IMG/VR virus record: IMGVR_UViG_3300010885_023630
Coordinates: 1-64,000 of that record
Reading direction: 5' to 3' (one strand)
Length of the DNA stretch: 64,000 nucleotides
DNA from: a virus
In this document: piece after piece, positions 9,024 to 17,418 of the stretch
Layout: every line of letters begins with the position of its first letter
How positions within the stretch are numbered: position 1 is the stretch's first letter
Notes under the pieces: model-generated
The model's input: only the letters and a program-made list of their open reading frames with translations
What the model was told of the DNA's origin: nothing
The model's database searches: none
Translations under genes and position numbers: made by a program

Positions 9024-11039
9024 TTAGTACATTTTCTGAATATAACAAAGGGCATAGTACGGCGGACGATTTTCGTGTGGTTGCCCGCCACCTGTTGTTC
9101 CTGTTGTATCAGATATATTCATACTGTGAATGTGATTGCTTGCGGCTACTACACTGGTAGATACGCCGATTCCGGTTGTTGACGCATTAATAGTTGCTCC
9201 GCCCCAGCCAGTTGCTACAGTATACGGTCCTGTGTATGCCGCGCCGGCTGTAGTAATAACAGAGCCATTTGTTCCGTGTGAGTGTCCCGAATCAGCCACA
9301 GTTGATGTTGCTGAGTGAGTGTGTGTTCCACCAGGATTAGTATTAGCAACAATGGTTATTGGATGGATATGCGGAGGAAGTTGCGTTGTACTTAAAGTTA
9401 CATTGTTGTTTCCGCCTGTTGCTCCAACGGTGTAACTTGATCCTGCGCCAACAATAAATTTATCAGTTAAATTTGGGGTTCCGTTACTGCCATCACATAA
9501 TTGCCAGCCTGTAGGAATAGTATTAGTGGTATTATTCCACATCCAAATAACACCTGCCGGTACTACGCTTTGTACAAAAGCTGTAGTGGCTACGTTGGCA
9601 GTATTGTCGTTGTATGGTTGTGTTGTTGCAACTGTTTGTGTTAACGATACTCTACTGATATTTCCGCCTGTGATAACAGCGGTAGTAATATTAGCAGTAG
9701 TAATATTGGCAACTGTGGCTGCGATTGTTGGAGTAGTAATTTGTGTTGCTGTAATAGATACGCCAGACAGTTGACCAGCTGTTATAACAGCATTGGCTGA
9801 GCTAAAATTATTAATAACTCCCAATGTAGCGTATACATTCGAAAGGTTTGTTAGGTAGCCACCGGCTATTGCTACATTACCTGAGCTAAAATTTGTAGCA
9901 ACTTCTGTTGTAACTGTTGAGTTAGTGATATTACTATTACCAGCTGTGATATTTGCTACACGACTAATATAACCGCCTGAAATAACCGCGTTACCTGTAT
10001 TTAAATTGCCAAGTTGAACCGAATCGGCAGTTAGTCGGGATACATTTAATGTACCACCTGACACTAAAATGTTACTAGAGCTGATGTTATTAAAGTAGGC
10101 TTCTTGAGCATAAACACCAGAAACAGATTTAATAAAGCCGCCTGTAATTGCCACGTTACCTGTTTGTAAATTGGTAGTGGTTAAATTAGTAATTGCAGCA
10201 TTAATGCTTGTTAAATTACCGTTGACATTACCAGTTACGCTACCGACGAATGATGCGTCAGTGCCGGTAGTACCACTATCTAATATTTTAATTCCATTAG
10301 CATATATGTCTCCATAATATGCTGTATCATTTAGTCCAGTGCCAACTTGTAGTACTCGGGTTACGCCGTCTTTGGTATAAACATCACCTAATAAACTTCC
10401 TGCTACATTACCCAATAGGTTAGAATTTAACCTTGTGCCATTGTTAGCAATATTACTGTTTAATGTTAAACCCGGATAAATGGTACTGAATCCGTCCATT
10501 GCCGGACTTGGTAAGAAAGGACCGTCGGCACTAAAAGTACCGTAGGTTACATTGCCAAATTGTATTTTAAATATTCTATGTGTTAAACTTGAGGTAGAGC
10601 CGTCACCCACAGTAGTCGGAAGTAATCCGCTAACACCTTGCTCGCGTGTGTACTGTGGTCCAATAAATTCCCATTTGCTGTTATTATATAGATAAATTTG
10701 GTTGGTACTGGTATTAAACCACATGTCGCCGTCTTTTGCAGCAATAGGCTGTGTACCGGAATTTGTTACCCCTGACACAGGCACATATCCTGCGTCCGAT
10801 GTAAACACTTTTAAAATCTTATTAAACTTGTCAAACCACAACTGACCTTCGGTGTTTGTGCCAACTGGTGCTGTGTTGGCTGCAAAGTTTTCTAATAGAT
10901 ATAATAAATTCTCATTAAGATAACGTCCGTATCCAACGTAGTTAGGCCCAGGCAACTTCAAACTGGTTGAGGTATCTAAAAAACCATCACTGATTGTGGT
11001 TTGTACTGTTCCGTCACTTTTGTATATTGTATACGACAT
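9024..11039 (-). CDS. Tail fibre protein with C-terminal tail-collar domain
   Basis: Shared N-terminal NENLLYLLENFA module; repeated (N/S)GNxxITGG beta repeats; VPAGVIWMW..IPTGWQLCDGSNGTPNLTDKFIVGAG..HENRPPYYALCYIQK collar signature. Confidence 0.8.
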   Translation of the reverse strand: MSYTIYKSDGTVQTTISDGFLDTSTSLKLPGPNYVGYGRYLNENLLYLLENFAANTAPVGTNTEGQLWFDKFNKILKVFTSDAGYVPVSGVTNSGTQPIAAKDGDMWFNTSTNQIYLYNNSKWEFIGPQYTREQGVSGLLPTTVGDGSTSSLTHRIFKIQFGNVTYGTFSADGPFLPSPAMDGFSTIYPGLTLNSNIANNGTRLNSNLLGNVAGSLLGDVYTKDGVTRVLQVGTGLNDTAYYGDIYANGIKILDSGTTGTDASFVGSVTGNVNGNLTSINAAITNLTTTNLQTGNVAITGGFIKSVSGVYAQEAYFNNISSSNILVSGGTLNVSRLTADSVQLGNLNTGNAVISGGYISRVANITAGNSNITNSTVTTEVATNFSSGNVAIAGGYLTNLSNVYATLGVINNFSSANAVITAGQLSGVSITATQITTPTIAATVANITTANITTAVITGGNISRVSLTQTVATTQPYNDNTANVATTAFVQSVVPAGVIWMWNNTTNTIPTGWQLCDGSNGTPNLTDKFIVGAGSSYTVGATGGNNNVTLSTTQLPPHIHPITIVANTNPGGTHTHSATSTVADSGHSHGTNGSVITTAGAAYTGPYTVATGWGGATINASTTGIGVSTSVVAASNHIHSMNISDTTGTTGGGQPHENRPPYYALCYIQKMY

Positions 11040-11083
11040 ATTTTTATTCTCTTTATACTATACTTATCTAAAACTACCAATAA

Positions 11084-11287
11084 TTACTGTGCGCTGGTCC
11101 ATGCGGCATAACATTCCCCTAGCACTGAGCACTCGTGCCCGCCGTGTAGAATGTAATTAATTAAGGGAATATTAGGAAGTATTTTGCTAAAAATGTCAAT
11201 ATTTTCTGTCAAAATAGCAAACAGAGCCTCTTGCTCTTCTTTGGTTAATGCGTTAACTGTATTAGTTAATTGATCTGCTGTATACAT
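11084..11287 (-). CDS. Small protein, partner of KIICT module copy B (paralog of 12159..12368)
   Basis: LTKEEQEALFAIL..NIDIFSKILPNIPLINYILHGG aligns with LTEEQQARLFTIV..NAELFNKVMPNMPLIQLILTGG. Start ATG 11287. Confidence 0.75.
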   Translation of the reverse strand: MYTADQLTNTVNALTKEEQEALFAILTENIDIFSKILPNIPLINYILHGGHECSVLGECYAAWTSAQ

Positions 11288-12146
11288 GTTCTTTCTTTCC
11301 TTCAAATAATCTTCCCAGCTCTGCTACTATTTTAAACATAATAAAAATAGCAATTAGACCCAGGCCTTTAATAAATCCAGCTGGCTTTTTACTTGGGCCA
11401 AATATTCTTTGCCAGACGCCCACTGCTTTACAAATAGGAATGCCTGCGGTTGTAATCCAACGCCCAGTTAAACTACCGGTACTGTGTTTGCCCATCTTAA
11501 ATGCCATTTCTTCTGCCCAGGGCGTAGCAATATCAACTGCCCAACCAATGGACCAACGTTTTGCAGCTACACTAAATTCTTCGTCCGACATCCATGGCAT
11601 CATTTTTGGGCCACTGCCACTCATCCAATCCACTACTATTTCAGCCCACGCACGGTAACCGTTATAGATGTCTGGGCGAATCTTAACTAATTCCGCACCA
11701 AATGCTTGGTCTGCTAGATATATTTCTTCGCTCATTAGCCCTAGTTCGTATAACTTGGTACAGATAATCTTACCTCCACCTCCACCGCCTGCGGACCCGG
11801 TAGGGCCACTGGTAGGAATTACTGCCGGCACTGGTTGCCCAACTGACGCTGGCATTTGACTTGGCAGATCTACTTCATCCCCCCATACAAATGCTATTAT
11901 CCCGTCGCCGCCGGCTCCACCTGCCCAGTTTAAAGGATCTGTACGGTCTGGGCTACTTGCGCCACCGCCACCGGAAGCAACACCACCGGGGGTACCTGTA
12001 GGAGCTCCGGCGCTACTTGTTCCGCCTAGCCCAAATGGACTGTTGCCACCAGCGCCACCGTAGTTAGTAGAGCCGTCATTGTTACCGTCACTGCCTGCGG
12101 CTCCTGCTTCTCCGTTCGGGGTTCCACCTGCTCCACCACCTGCCAT
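11262..12146 (-). CDS. Glycine-rich protein (apparent second half of a Gly-rich domain) with C-terminal poly-Gly-KIICT-TM module
   Basis: Strong RBS (ACAGGAGAGAAAC-ATG); starts MAGGGAGGTPNG; ends GGGGGGKIICTKLY...hydrophobic helix...GKK. Confidence 0.85.
   Translation of the reverse strand: MAGGGAGGTPNGEAGAAGSDGNNDGSTNYGGAGGNSPFGLGGTSSAGAPTGTPGGVASGGGGASSPDRTDPLNWAGGAGGDGIIAFVWGDEVDLPSQMPASVGQPVPAVIPTSGPTGSAGGGGGGKIICTKLYELGLMSEEIYLADQAFGAELVKIRPDIYNGYRAWAEIVVDWMSGSGPKMMPWMSDEEFSVAAKRWSIGWAVDIATPWAEEMAFKMGKHSTGSLTGRWITTAGIPICKAVGVWQRIFGPSKKPAGFIKGLGLIAIFIMFKIVAELGRLFEGKKEHVYSRSIN
11300..11790. repeat. Direct repeat copy B (about 0.5 kb) encoding the KIICT module
   Basis: Matches about 12385-12875 at an offset of 1085 nt; 11365-11449 is identical to 12450-12534. 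Confidence 0.9.
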
Positions 12147-12158
12147 GTTTCTCTCCTG

Positions 12159-12368
12159 TTACTCGTTGGGTTTAACTGAATTGTAAATATCCACAATAGG
12201 ATGAACTACATCAGTTGAACCGCCAGTTAAAATAAGTTGTATTAAGGGCATGTTTGGCATTACCTTATTAAACAATTCAGCATTGTTATGTACTATTGTA
12301 AATAGCCTTGCCTGTTGTTCTTCGGTTAGCCCGTCGATTGCCCTATTTAATGTGCTTATGCTGTGCAT
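12159..12368 (-). CDS. Small protein, partner of KIICT module copy A (paralog of 11084..11287)
   Basis: Overlaps the 3' end of 12356..14824; clear similarity to the 11084 ORF. Confidence 0.75.
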   Translation of the reverse strand: MHSISTLNRAIDGLTEEQQARLFTIVHNNAELFNKVMPNMPLIQLILTGGSTDVVHPIVDIYNSVKPNE

Positions 12369-14824
12369 TTTGTTTCCTTTTTGCCTTCAATTAATCTTCC
12401 AAGTTCAGCAACACCTTTGAACATAATAAAAATACCAATTAAAGATAGCCCTTTAATAAATCCAGCTGGCTTTTTACTTGGGCCAAATATTCTTTGCCAG
12501 ACGCCCACTGCTTTACAAATAGGAATGCCTGCGGCAGTGATCATACAACCAGTTAAACTACCCTCAGACTTTTTGCCCATTTTAAAAGCCATTTCTTCTG
12601 CCCACGGAGTAGCAATATCTTGGGCCCAGCTTATTGACCACTTCTTAGCGGCAACGCTAAATTCTTCGTCCGACATCCATGGCATCATTTTTGGGCCACT
12701 GCCACTCATCCAGTCCACTACTATTTCAGCCCAAGCTCTATATCCGTTATAGATGTCTGGGCGTATTTGAACAAGCTGTGCCCCAAATGCTTGGTCTGCT
12801 AGATATATTTCTTTGCTCATTAGCCCTAGTTCGTATAACTTGGTACAGATAATCTTACCTCCACCTCCGCCTCCACTATCGCTACTAGCTCCGCCAGCGC
12901 CACCATCGCCACCAGTGGCTATTAATGCGCCTTTAATTCCACTTAGTGATGTTGTTCCACCGCCGGCCCCAGCTGGAGCATTGGTAGTTCTTCCCACATA
13001 AGGTGCGCCATCGCCACCTTTACCAACTTGTATTGTTAAAACTTCAAGAGGCACAACCGGGAACGATTGGTTCAATTGATAACCACCGCCACCTCCTCCT
13101 CCGCCTGCAGAGCCCACACCAACTTCTTCACCGCCACCACCGCCACCACCGGCTCCGCCAATATCAACGGTTAAATTATAAATTCCCGGGGGTACAGTAA
13201 ACGTAAATGAGCCAGACTGGTCTGCCAGATAAAAACCTGAGCTTGGGAAGAATTTTTCCCACTTGCCGTTTTGATGGTAAAAGCCTTTGAGCAAAGGTGA
13301 ATAAGTACCACCGTGGTTTGTTACTGCCTTATGACTAATACTACTATCTTCTCTAAATTTATATTTGCTATATATAGACAATAATAAAACTGTTTCTGTT
13401 CCGGTTAATGCGGATATGTTTGTGTCAGCAGATTGGACAGTTGATAAAACATAACGAGGTAATGTAAATGGCCCAGTATATACAGCTTTTCGTACAATTC
13501 GTAGACTTGTCATATACATTTGTGTAAATTTAGTTTTTGTTCTATCAGTGCCAATATACATTACAGTATCTGTGGTAGGAGCAAAGCCATATGCTGTATT
13601 GGACGCAGTTGATGAATCCAATGCTCCATTTACATACCAATAAAGTGTACCACCCTGACGAACTAAAGCTACATGTTTCCATGTATTCATATTAAATGTA
13701 GTCTGCGTAGTTAATTGTGCTACCGCATGAGTTCCAGATCGACCTTCAAACATGAGTTTAGCAGTAGCAAGACTCCATTTAATTCTCCATCCGCCGGCTA
13801 ATGCTTGCCCGTCAGTAAAATCAATTACACCCGCGTCTGCTTGAAATCCCAGTGGGTTAAAATAAAACTCTATAGTAAAATCATCTGGATTAAGTCCAGT
13901 TGCAAAATCAGCACTATACGGTGTAGTTAAATATGCCGTGGCTCCGTTAAAGGACATACTGGCATTGCCCACTGGCATTGTATCTGTTGTTGTTGGTTTA
14001 TTATTATAGGTAAAATTAACAGAGCCAAACGCTGTTTCGTGTGTGGTTATTGGTACTTTAAATGCGCTTGAATCTGTAAGCCAAGTATCTGCTGTATGCG
14101 AGTTTAACAATAATCTTGTCTTGGATCCATCTAAAGCAATAACGTTGTAGGCGTTTGGTTGTACTGTTTTTAATGGCATTGCTGGAACAGTAAAAGGTCC
14201 AGTGTATACCGGAGTACCGACTGTAACTCGATAGTTACAAACGTTTCCTAAAAACTGAGAACCATTAAGGTTCGCTTGACTTTGACCAATACGTATTATG
14301 GAGTCGCCAGAAATATCTTTTGAATTTTGTAATGTGGCTGTTTCAGCAATGCCGTTAATGTACATTGTAATAATGCCATTGTAGCGTACTACTGCCAGGT
14401 GTGTCCATGTTTCGTACTGTATGTTTGAGTAGCTGTTAAATACGCCACCGTTACCAGTAACAACTGATACTTTTTGTAAAGCACTAGATCTGTTTAAGGC
14501 AATTTCAAAAAAATCTTCTGACTGTATATAGGAATCTAAGTTAGAAAAAAGTGTTTGACCAACGTTAGTAGTTTGTTTTAGCCAGTACCAAGTTTCAATA
14601 CAGAAATCATCTGTGCCAAGCATTATAGAACCATGCGGTGCTGTTAAGTACCCGCCGCTGAATTCGATGCTTCCGTTGGTGCTGATTGTAGGCACGTGTC
14701 CATCATATGAAACACTACCGCCGGAATTAATGTAAGGGGAATTAACTGGGTGCCAGCCGGTTCCCTTAGGTCCCGGGCCAAAGTCCGGGCGTTTGATCCA
14801 TATTGCTCTATCTACTGTTGACAT
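12356..14824 (-). CDS. Receptor-binding-like protein: two LamG/ConA-like domains, first half of a Gly-rich domain, C-terminal KIICT-TM module
   Basis: Two DDF(C/T)IExx...WxH(L/V)AxVRxxGxxxxY(I/V)NG...R repeats (LamG-like); FTVPPGIYNLTVDIGGAGGGGG Gly-rich start; GGGGGGKIICT C-terminal module. Confidence 0.8.
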   Translation of the reverse strand: MSTVDRAIWIKRPDFGPGPKGTGWHPVNSPYINSGGSVSYDGHVPTISTNGSIEFSGGYLTAPHGSIMLGTDDFCIETWYWLKQTTNVGQTLFSNLDSYIQSEDFFEIALNRSSALQKVSVVTGNGGVFNSYSNIQYETWTHLAVVRYNGIITMYINGIAETATLQNSKDISGDSIIRIGQSQANLNGSQFLGNVCNYRVTVGTPVYTGPFTVPAMPLKTVQPNAYNVIALDGSKTRLLLNSHTADTWLTDSSAFKVPITTHETAFGSVNFTYNNKPTTTDTMPVGNASMSFNGATAYLTTPYSADFATGLNPDDFTIEFYFNPLGFQADAGVIDFTDGQALAGGWRIKWSLATAKLMFEGRSGTHAVAQLTTQTTFNMNTWKHVALVRQGGTLYWYVNGALDSSTASNTAYGFAPTTDTVMYIGTDRTKTKFTQMYMTSLRIVRKAVYTGPFTLPRYVLSTVQSADTNISALTGTETVLLLSIYSKYKFREDSSISHKAVTNHGGTYSPLLKGFYHQNGKWEKFFPSSGFYLADQSGSFTFTVPPGIYNLTVDIGGAGGGGGGGEEVGVGSAGGGGGGGGYQLNQSFPVVPLEVLTIQVGKGGDGAPYVGRTTNAPAGAGGGTTSLSGIKGALIATGGDGGAGGASSDSGGGGGGKIICTKLYELGLMSKEIYLADQAFGAQLVQIRPDIYNGYRAWAEIVVDWMSGSGPKMMPWMSDEEFSVAAKKWSISWAQDIATPWAEEMAFKMGKKSEGSLTGCMITAAGIPICKAVGVWQRIFGPSKKPAGFIKGLSLIGIFIMFKGVAELGRLIEGKKETKCTA
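12385..12875. repeat. Direct repeat copy A (about 0.5 kb) encoding the KIICT module
   Basis: Matches about 11300-11790, with identical blocks separated by patches of mostly synonymous change. Confidence 0.9.
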
Positions 14825-14827
14825 CTA

Positions 14828-16717
14828 TTAACCTATCACAAACCAGAAGTCGCCATCGTCTCCTCCGGTCGGTTGGCTAGTAGATACCACGTACTTACTG
14901 CCCATCCAAGTTGCCCGAGAGCTTGTTATCTCCGATTGTACATACTGTGTGGTTGCTATTTTTTGACTATTATCGGCACTAGCCGGAGTTGGCGCAGTCG
15001 GAACCCCAGTGAATACCGGAGTATCTTTTGGGGCCAACGGTGCTACTGCTACAGCTAACGCATTTTCTAATACACTTTTTATATTAGTTATTTTAGCATT
15101 ATAATCTGTGTATAATAAATTAGCAGTTGTGTCAACATACATGGTTGTTGATATTGTGCCGCTATAATCGCCAATGCCTCTGTAGGCAATGTCTGGGCCG
15201 AGATATGCTATTTTTTCAATCCAGACAGCAGGTTGTATCAGTTGTCCATTTATTTCAATCAAACTGGACTGGAATGGTTGTATGCCTGTTGTTATACTAC
15301 CACTGGTTATTGTAACATTAACAACGTTACCTCTTACATTTGCATCATGTACTTGTAAATTTGCCAAGGTAACTAATGTATGAGAATCAAGTTGGCTAAT
15401 GATGTCGCCGTATTTAACGCCAATGTTATCGCTTAAAGATATTTGGTACGGATTTAATCCGGGCCCAAGACTTCTAAAATACGTTAAAAGTTTTTCTACA
15501 GGAGGTACAACTGGATTTCCAGTGAACGTTGGGCTGTTGATATTTGCCTTGGTAGCTGTTATGTTGCTTAGTGTTCCAATGTTGCCTGTAAGAACACCTA
15601 AGTTAGAATTAATTATACCAACGTTTGATAAAAACGCTGTATTAAGATTATTTACAGTACTATTAATTCCATTGACAGCTTGGTTTAAGTTTGCGTTGGT
15701 TGCGTTAACTACCACAACAATGTTTGATTGATAATCAATTAAAACTTGATCAACGTCTGCTTTAATTTGCCCTTCAAGTTCTTGTATATAATCTACAGTA
15801 GCATTAACTGTTTGATCTACATAGCCTTTATTAGCAATATCTGCGTCGGCTACAGGACTGTGAGCGACTCTAGCAATTCCGGTTGCGCCATTGATGTTTA
15901 ATGCTCGCTGATTGCCTACATATAGATCAATATTACCACCGCGAGTATTCTTTACAAGTAAATTATTATTGTTAACAAAAACGTTTGCGGTATTATTACC
16001 GATTACAATGTTTCCGTTAAAGAAATTATTCTGGTTAAATTGATTATCTATATCAAGTCTTGAGAAGACGTTGGCATATAAACTACCAACACGAATACTG
16101 TTATTTGCTGTACCATTTAAGATTGATACATTAGATAAATTTATTCCCCGACGTAAAATAACTTCAAATCCCGGAATAGGGCTCTGCGGGATAAATTCAT
16201 TGCCGCAAGTAATAGATACTAAAGCATTACTAACGTAGTTATTAATAACAGTTTGAACGTTGCCAAAGTTGTCGGTAATTGATTCTACTATGGCACCTGT
16301 TTTGCCCTGTGTTGTTGAATATGCTGGCCCAATTAATAACCATTCAGTACCCGACCATACACTCAATTGATTATTGTTGGTATTCCACCATTGGTCGCCA
16401 ATTCTTGTGGTTGTTGGCGCTGTACTCGAAACAGCACGTTGACTTACTGCTACAAACGATGAACCATTGAAAACTTTTAATAACTGGTTACCGGTGTCCC
16501 ACCATAGTGTTCCAATAATTGGATTAAATCCAACACTTTGCCCTGGCGGTATTGGTGCTGCAAAATTTTCCAATAAACGTACAAAGTTTTCATTTTGTAT
16601 TTCGCCGTAGCTGGTAAAGTTACGCCCGATTAAGGTAAGACCTGTATCGGTGTTTGTTGTTCCGTCTAGTAGTGTTGCTAGAACGTTGCCATCAGTTTTA
16701 TTAACAATGTAACTCAT
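14828..16717 (-). CDS. Tail fibre-like structural protein
   Basis: Shared N-terminal LTLIGRNFTSYG..NENFVRLLENFA module, coiled-coil middle, (S/T)PxFTGxPxxP and KIATTQYV fibre motifs. Confidence 0.7.
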   Translation of the reverse strand: MSYIVNKTDGNVLATLLDGTTNTDTGLTLIGRNFTSYGEIQNENFVRLLENFAAPIPPGQSVGFNPIIGTLWWDTGNQLLKVFNGSSFVAVSQRAVSSTAPTTTRIGDQWWNTNNNQLSVWSGTEWLLIGPAYSTTQGKTGAIVESITDNFGNVQTVINNYVSNALVSITCGNEFIPQSPIPGFEVILRRGINLSNVSILNGTANNSIRVGSLYANVFSRLDIDNQFNQNNFFNGNIVIGNNTANVFVNNNNLLVKNTRGGNIDLYVGNQRALNINGATGIARVAHSPVADADIANKGYVDQTVNATVDYIQELEGQIKADVDQVLIDYQSNIVVVVNATNANLNQAVNGINSTVNNLNTAFLSNVGIINSNLGVLTGNIGTLSNITATKANINSPTFTGNPVVPPVEKLLTYFRSLGPGLNPYQISLSDNIGVKYGDIISQLDSHTLVTLANLQVHDANVRGNVVNVTITSGSITTGIQPFQSSLIEINGQLIQPAVWIEKIAYLGPDIAYRGIGDYSGTISTTMYVDTTANLLYTDYNAKITNIKSVLENALAVAVAPLAPKDTPVFTGVPTAPTPASADNSQKIATTQYVQSEITSSRATWMGSKYVVSTSQPTGGDDGDFWFVIG

Positions 16718-16723
16718 AATTTA

Positions 16724-17401
16724 TTATCCTGTTGATGTCAAGTTAGTTAATGTTTGAATACGTACAGTATAATCAATTTGAATTAGTCGATTTAATGCTT
16801 TTTGTACTGGGTGAAAAACCACGTGTGTTAGTAGTAATCCAGTTGACAATAGTCCGCTTGTACCGTCGCTACTGCGACCTCGCAAGCCTAGTTCATCAAA
16901 AACATATTCACCGTTTAAGTCTTGACTATTATCAAATAATTGTTGTCCGTTTGGTTCGCCGTAGTCTAGTAGACAACTTACCAAAATGTCAGTATAGACT
17001 TTACCCGGAACGTGGCTAATTGTCATACTATTGTTTAAAGGGTCTGTGTTTAATGCCGAAGTGTTATCAACAATTTTACTGTAAGTTGGATTATATAAAT
17101 TACTATTTTGTCCTACAGTATTTGTAGGCAAATATGTAATAATACCGGTGGTATCTACGCTTGTGCCACCGTTACCAAAATTCATTTCATAGATAAAGTT
17201 TTGACTTTTGTTGCCAATACTGTTGGCCAAAGCCACGGAAAAGTTTTCATAGTGGATAGCGTTGGATTTGTTGATATAAACTTCACCAGATTCTGGATCA
17301 AAGATCTTGATATGGCCGCGGATATAAATTCCACTGGATTCGTCTGGTTGTTTTTCTGTATTTTCCACTGCTTTTTCCTCTAAATTGTTGTCTTCTGACA
17401 T
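16724..17401 (-). CDS. Virion structural protein (baseplate/fibre attachment region)
   Basis: Lies between the baseplate and fibre genes; GATAAATA late-promoter-like motif just upstream of MSEDNN (ATG 17401); FDELGL..LLTHVVFHPVQK. Confidence 0.6.
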   Translation of the reverse strand: MSEDNNLEEKAVENTEKQPDESSGIYIRGHIKIFDPESGEVYINKSNAIHYENFSVALANSIGNKSQNFIYEMNFGNGGTSVDTTGIITYLPTNTVGQNSNLYNPTYSKIVDNTSALNTDPLNNSMTISHVPGKVYTDILVSCLLDYGEPNGQQLFDNSQDLNGEYVFDELGLRGRSSDGTSGLLSTGLLLTHVVFHPVQKALNRLIQIDYTVRIQTLTNLTSTG

Positions 17402-17418
17402 CGATGTATCAGTATTTA

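Noticed and set aside
11300-12875. Diversity-generating retroelement TR/VR pair in a tail-fibre gene
   Set aside because: The differences I checked are not adenine-specific and are largely synonymous, both copies are in-frame coding sequence, and no reverse transcriptase is seen in the window.
12147-12880. Self-splicing intron or classical intein interrupting the Gly-rich gene
   Set aside because: No group I/II intron hallmarks and no Hint-type C-terminal HN motif were recognised; the downstream half has its own strong RBS and ATG, and the insert is fully protein-coding.
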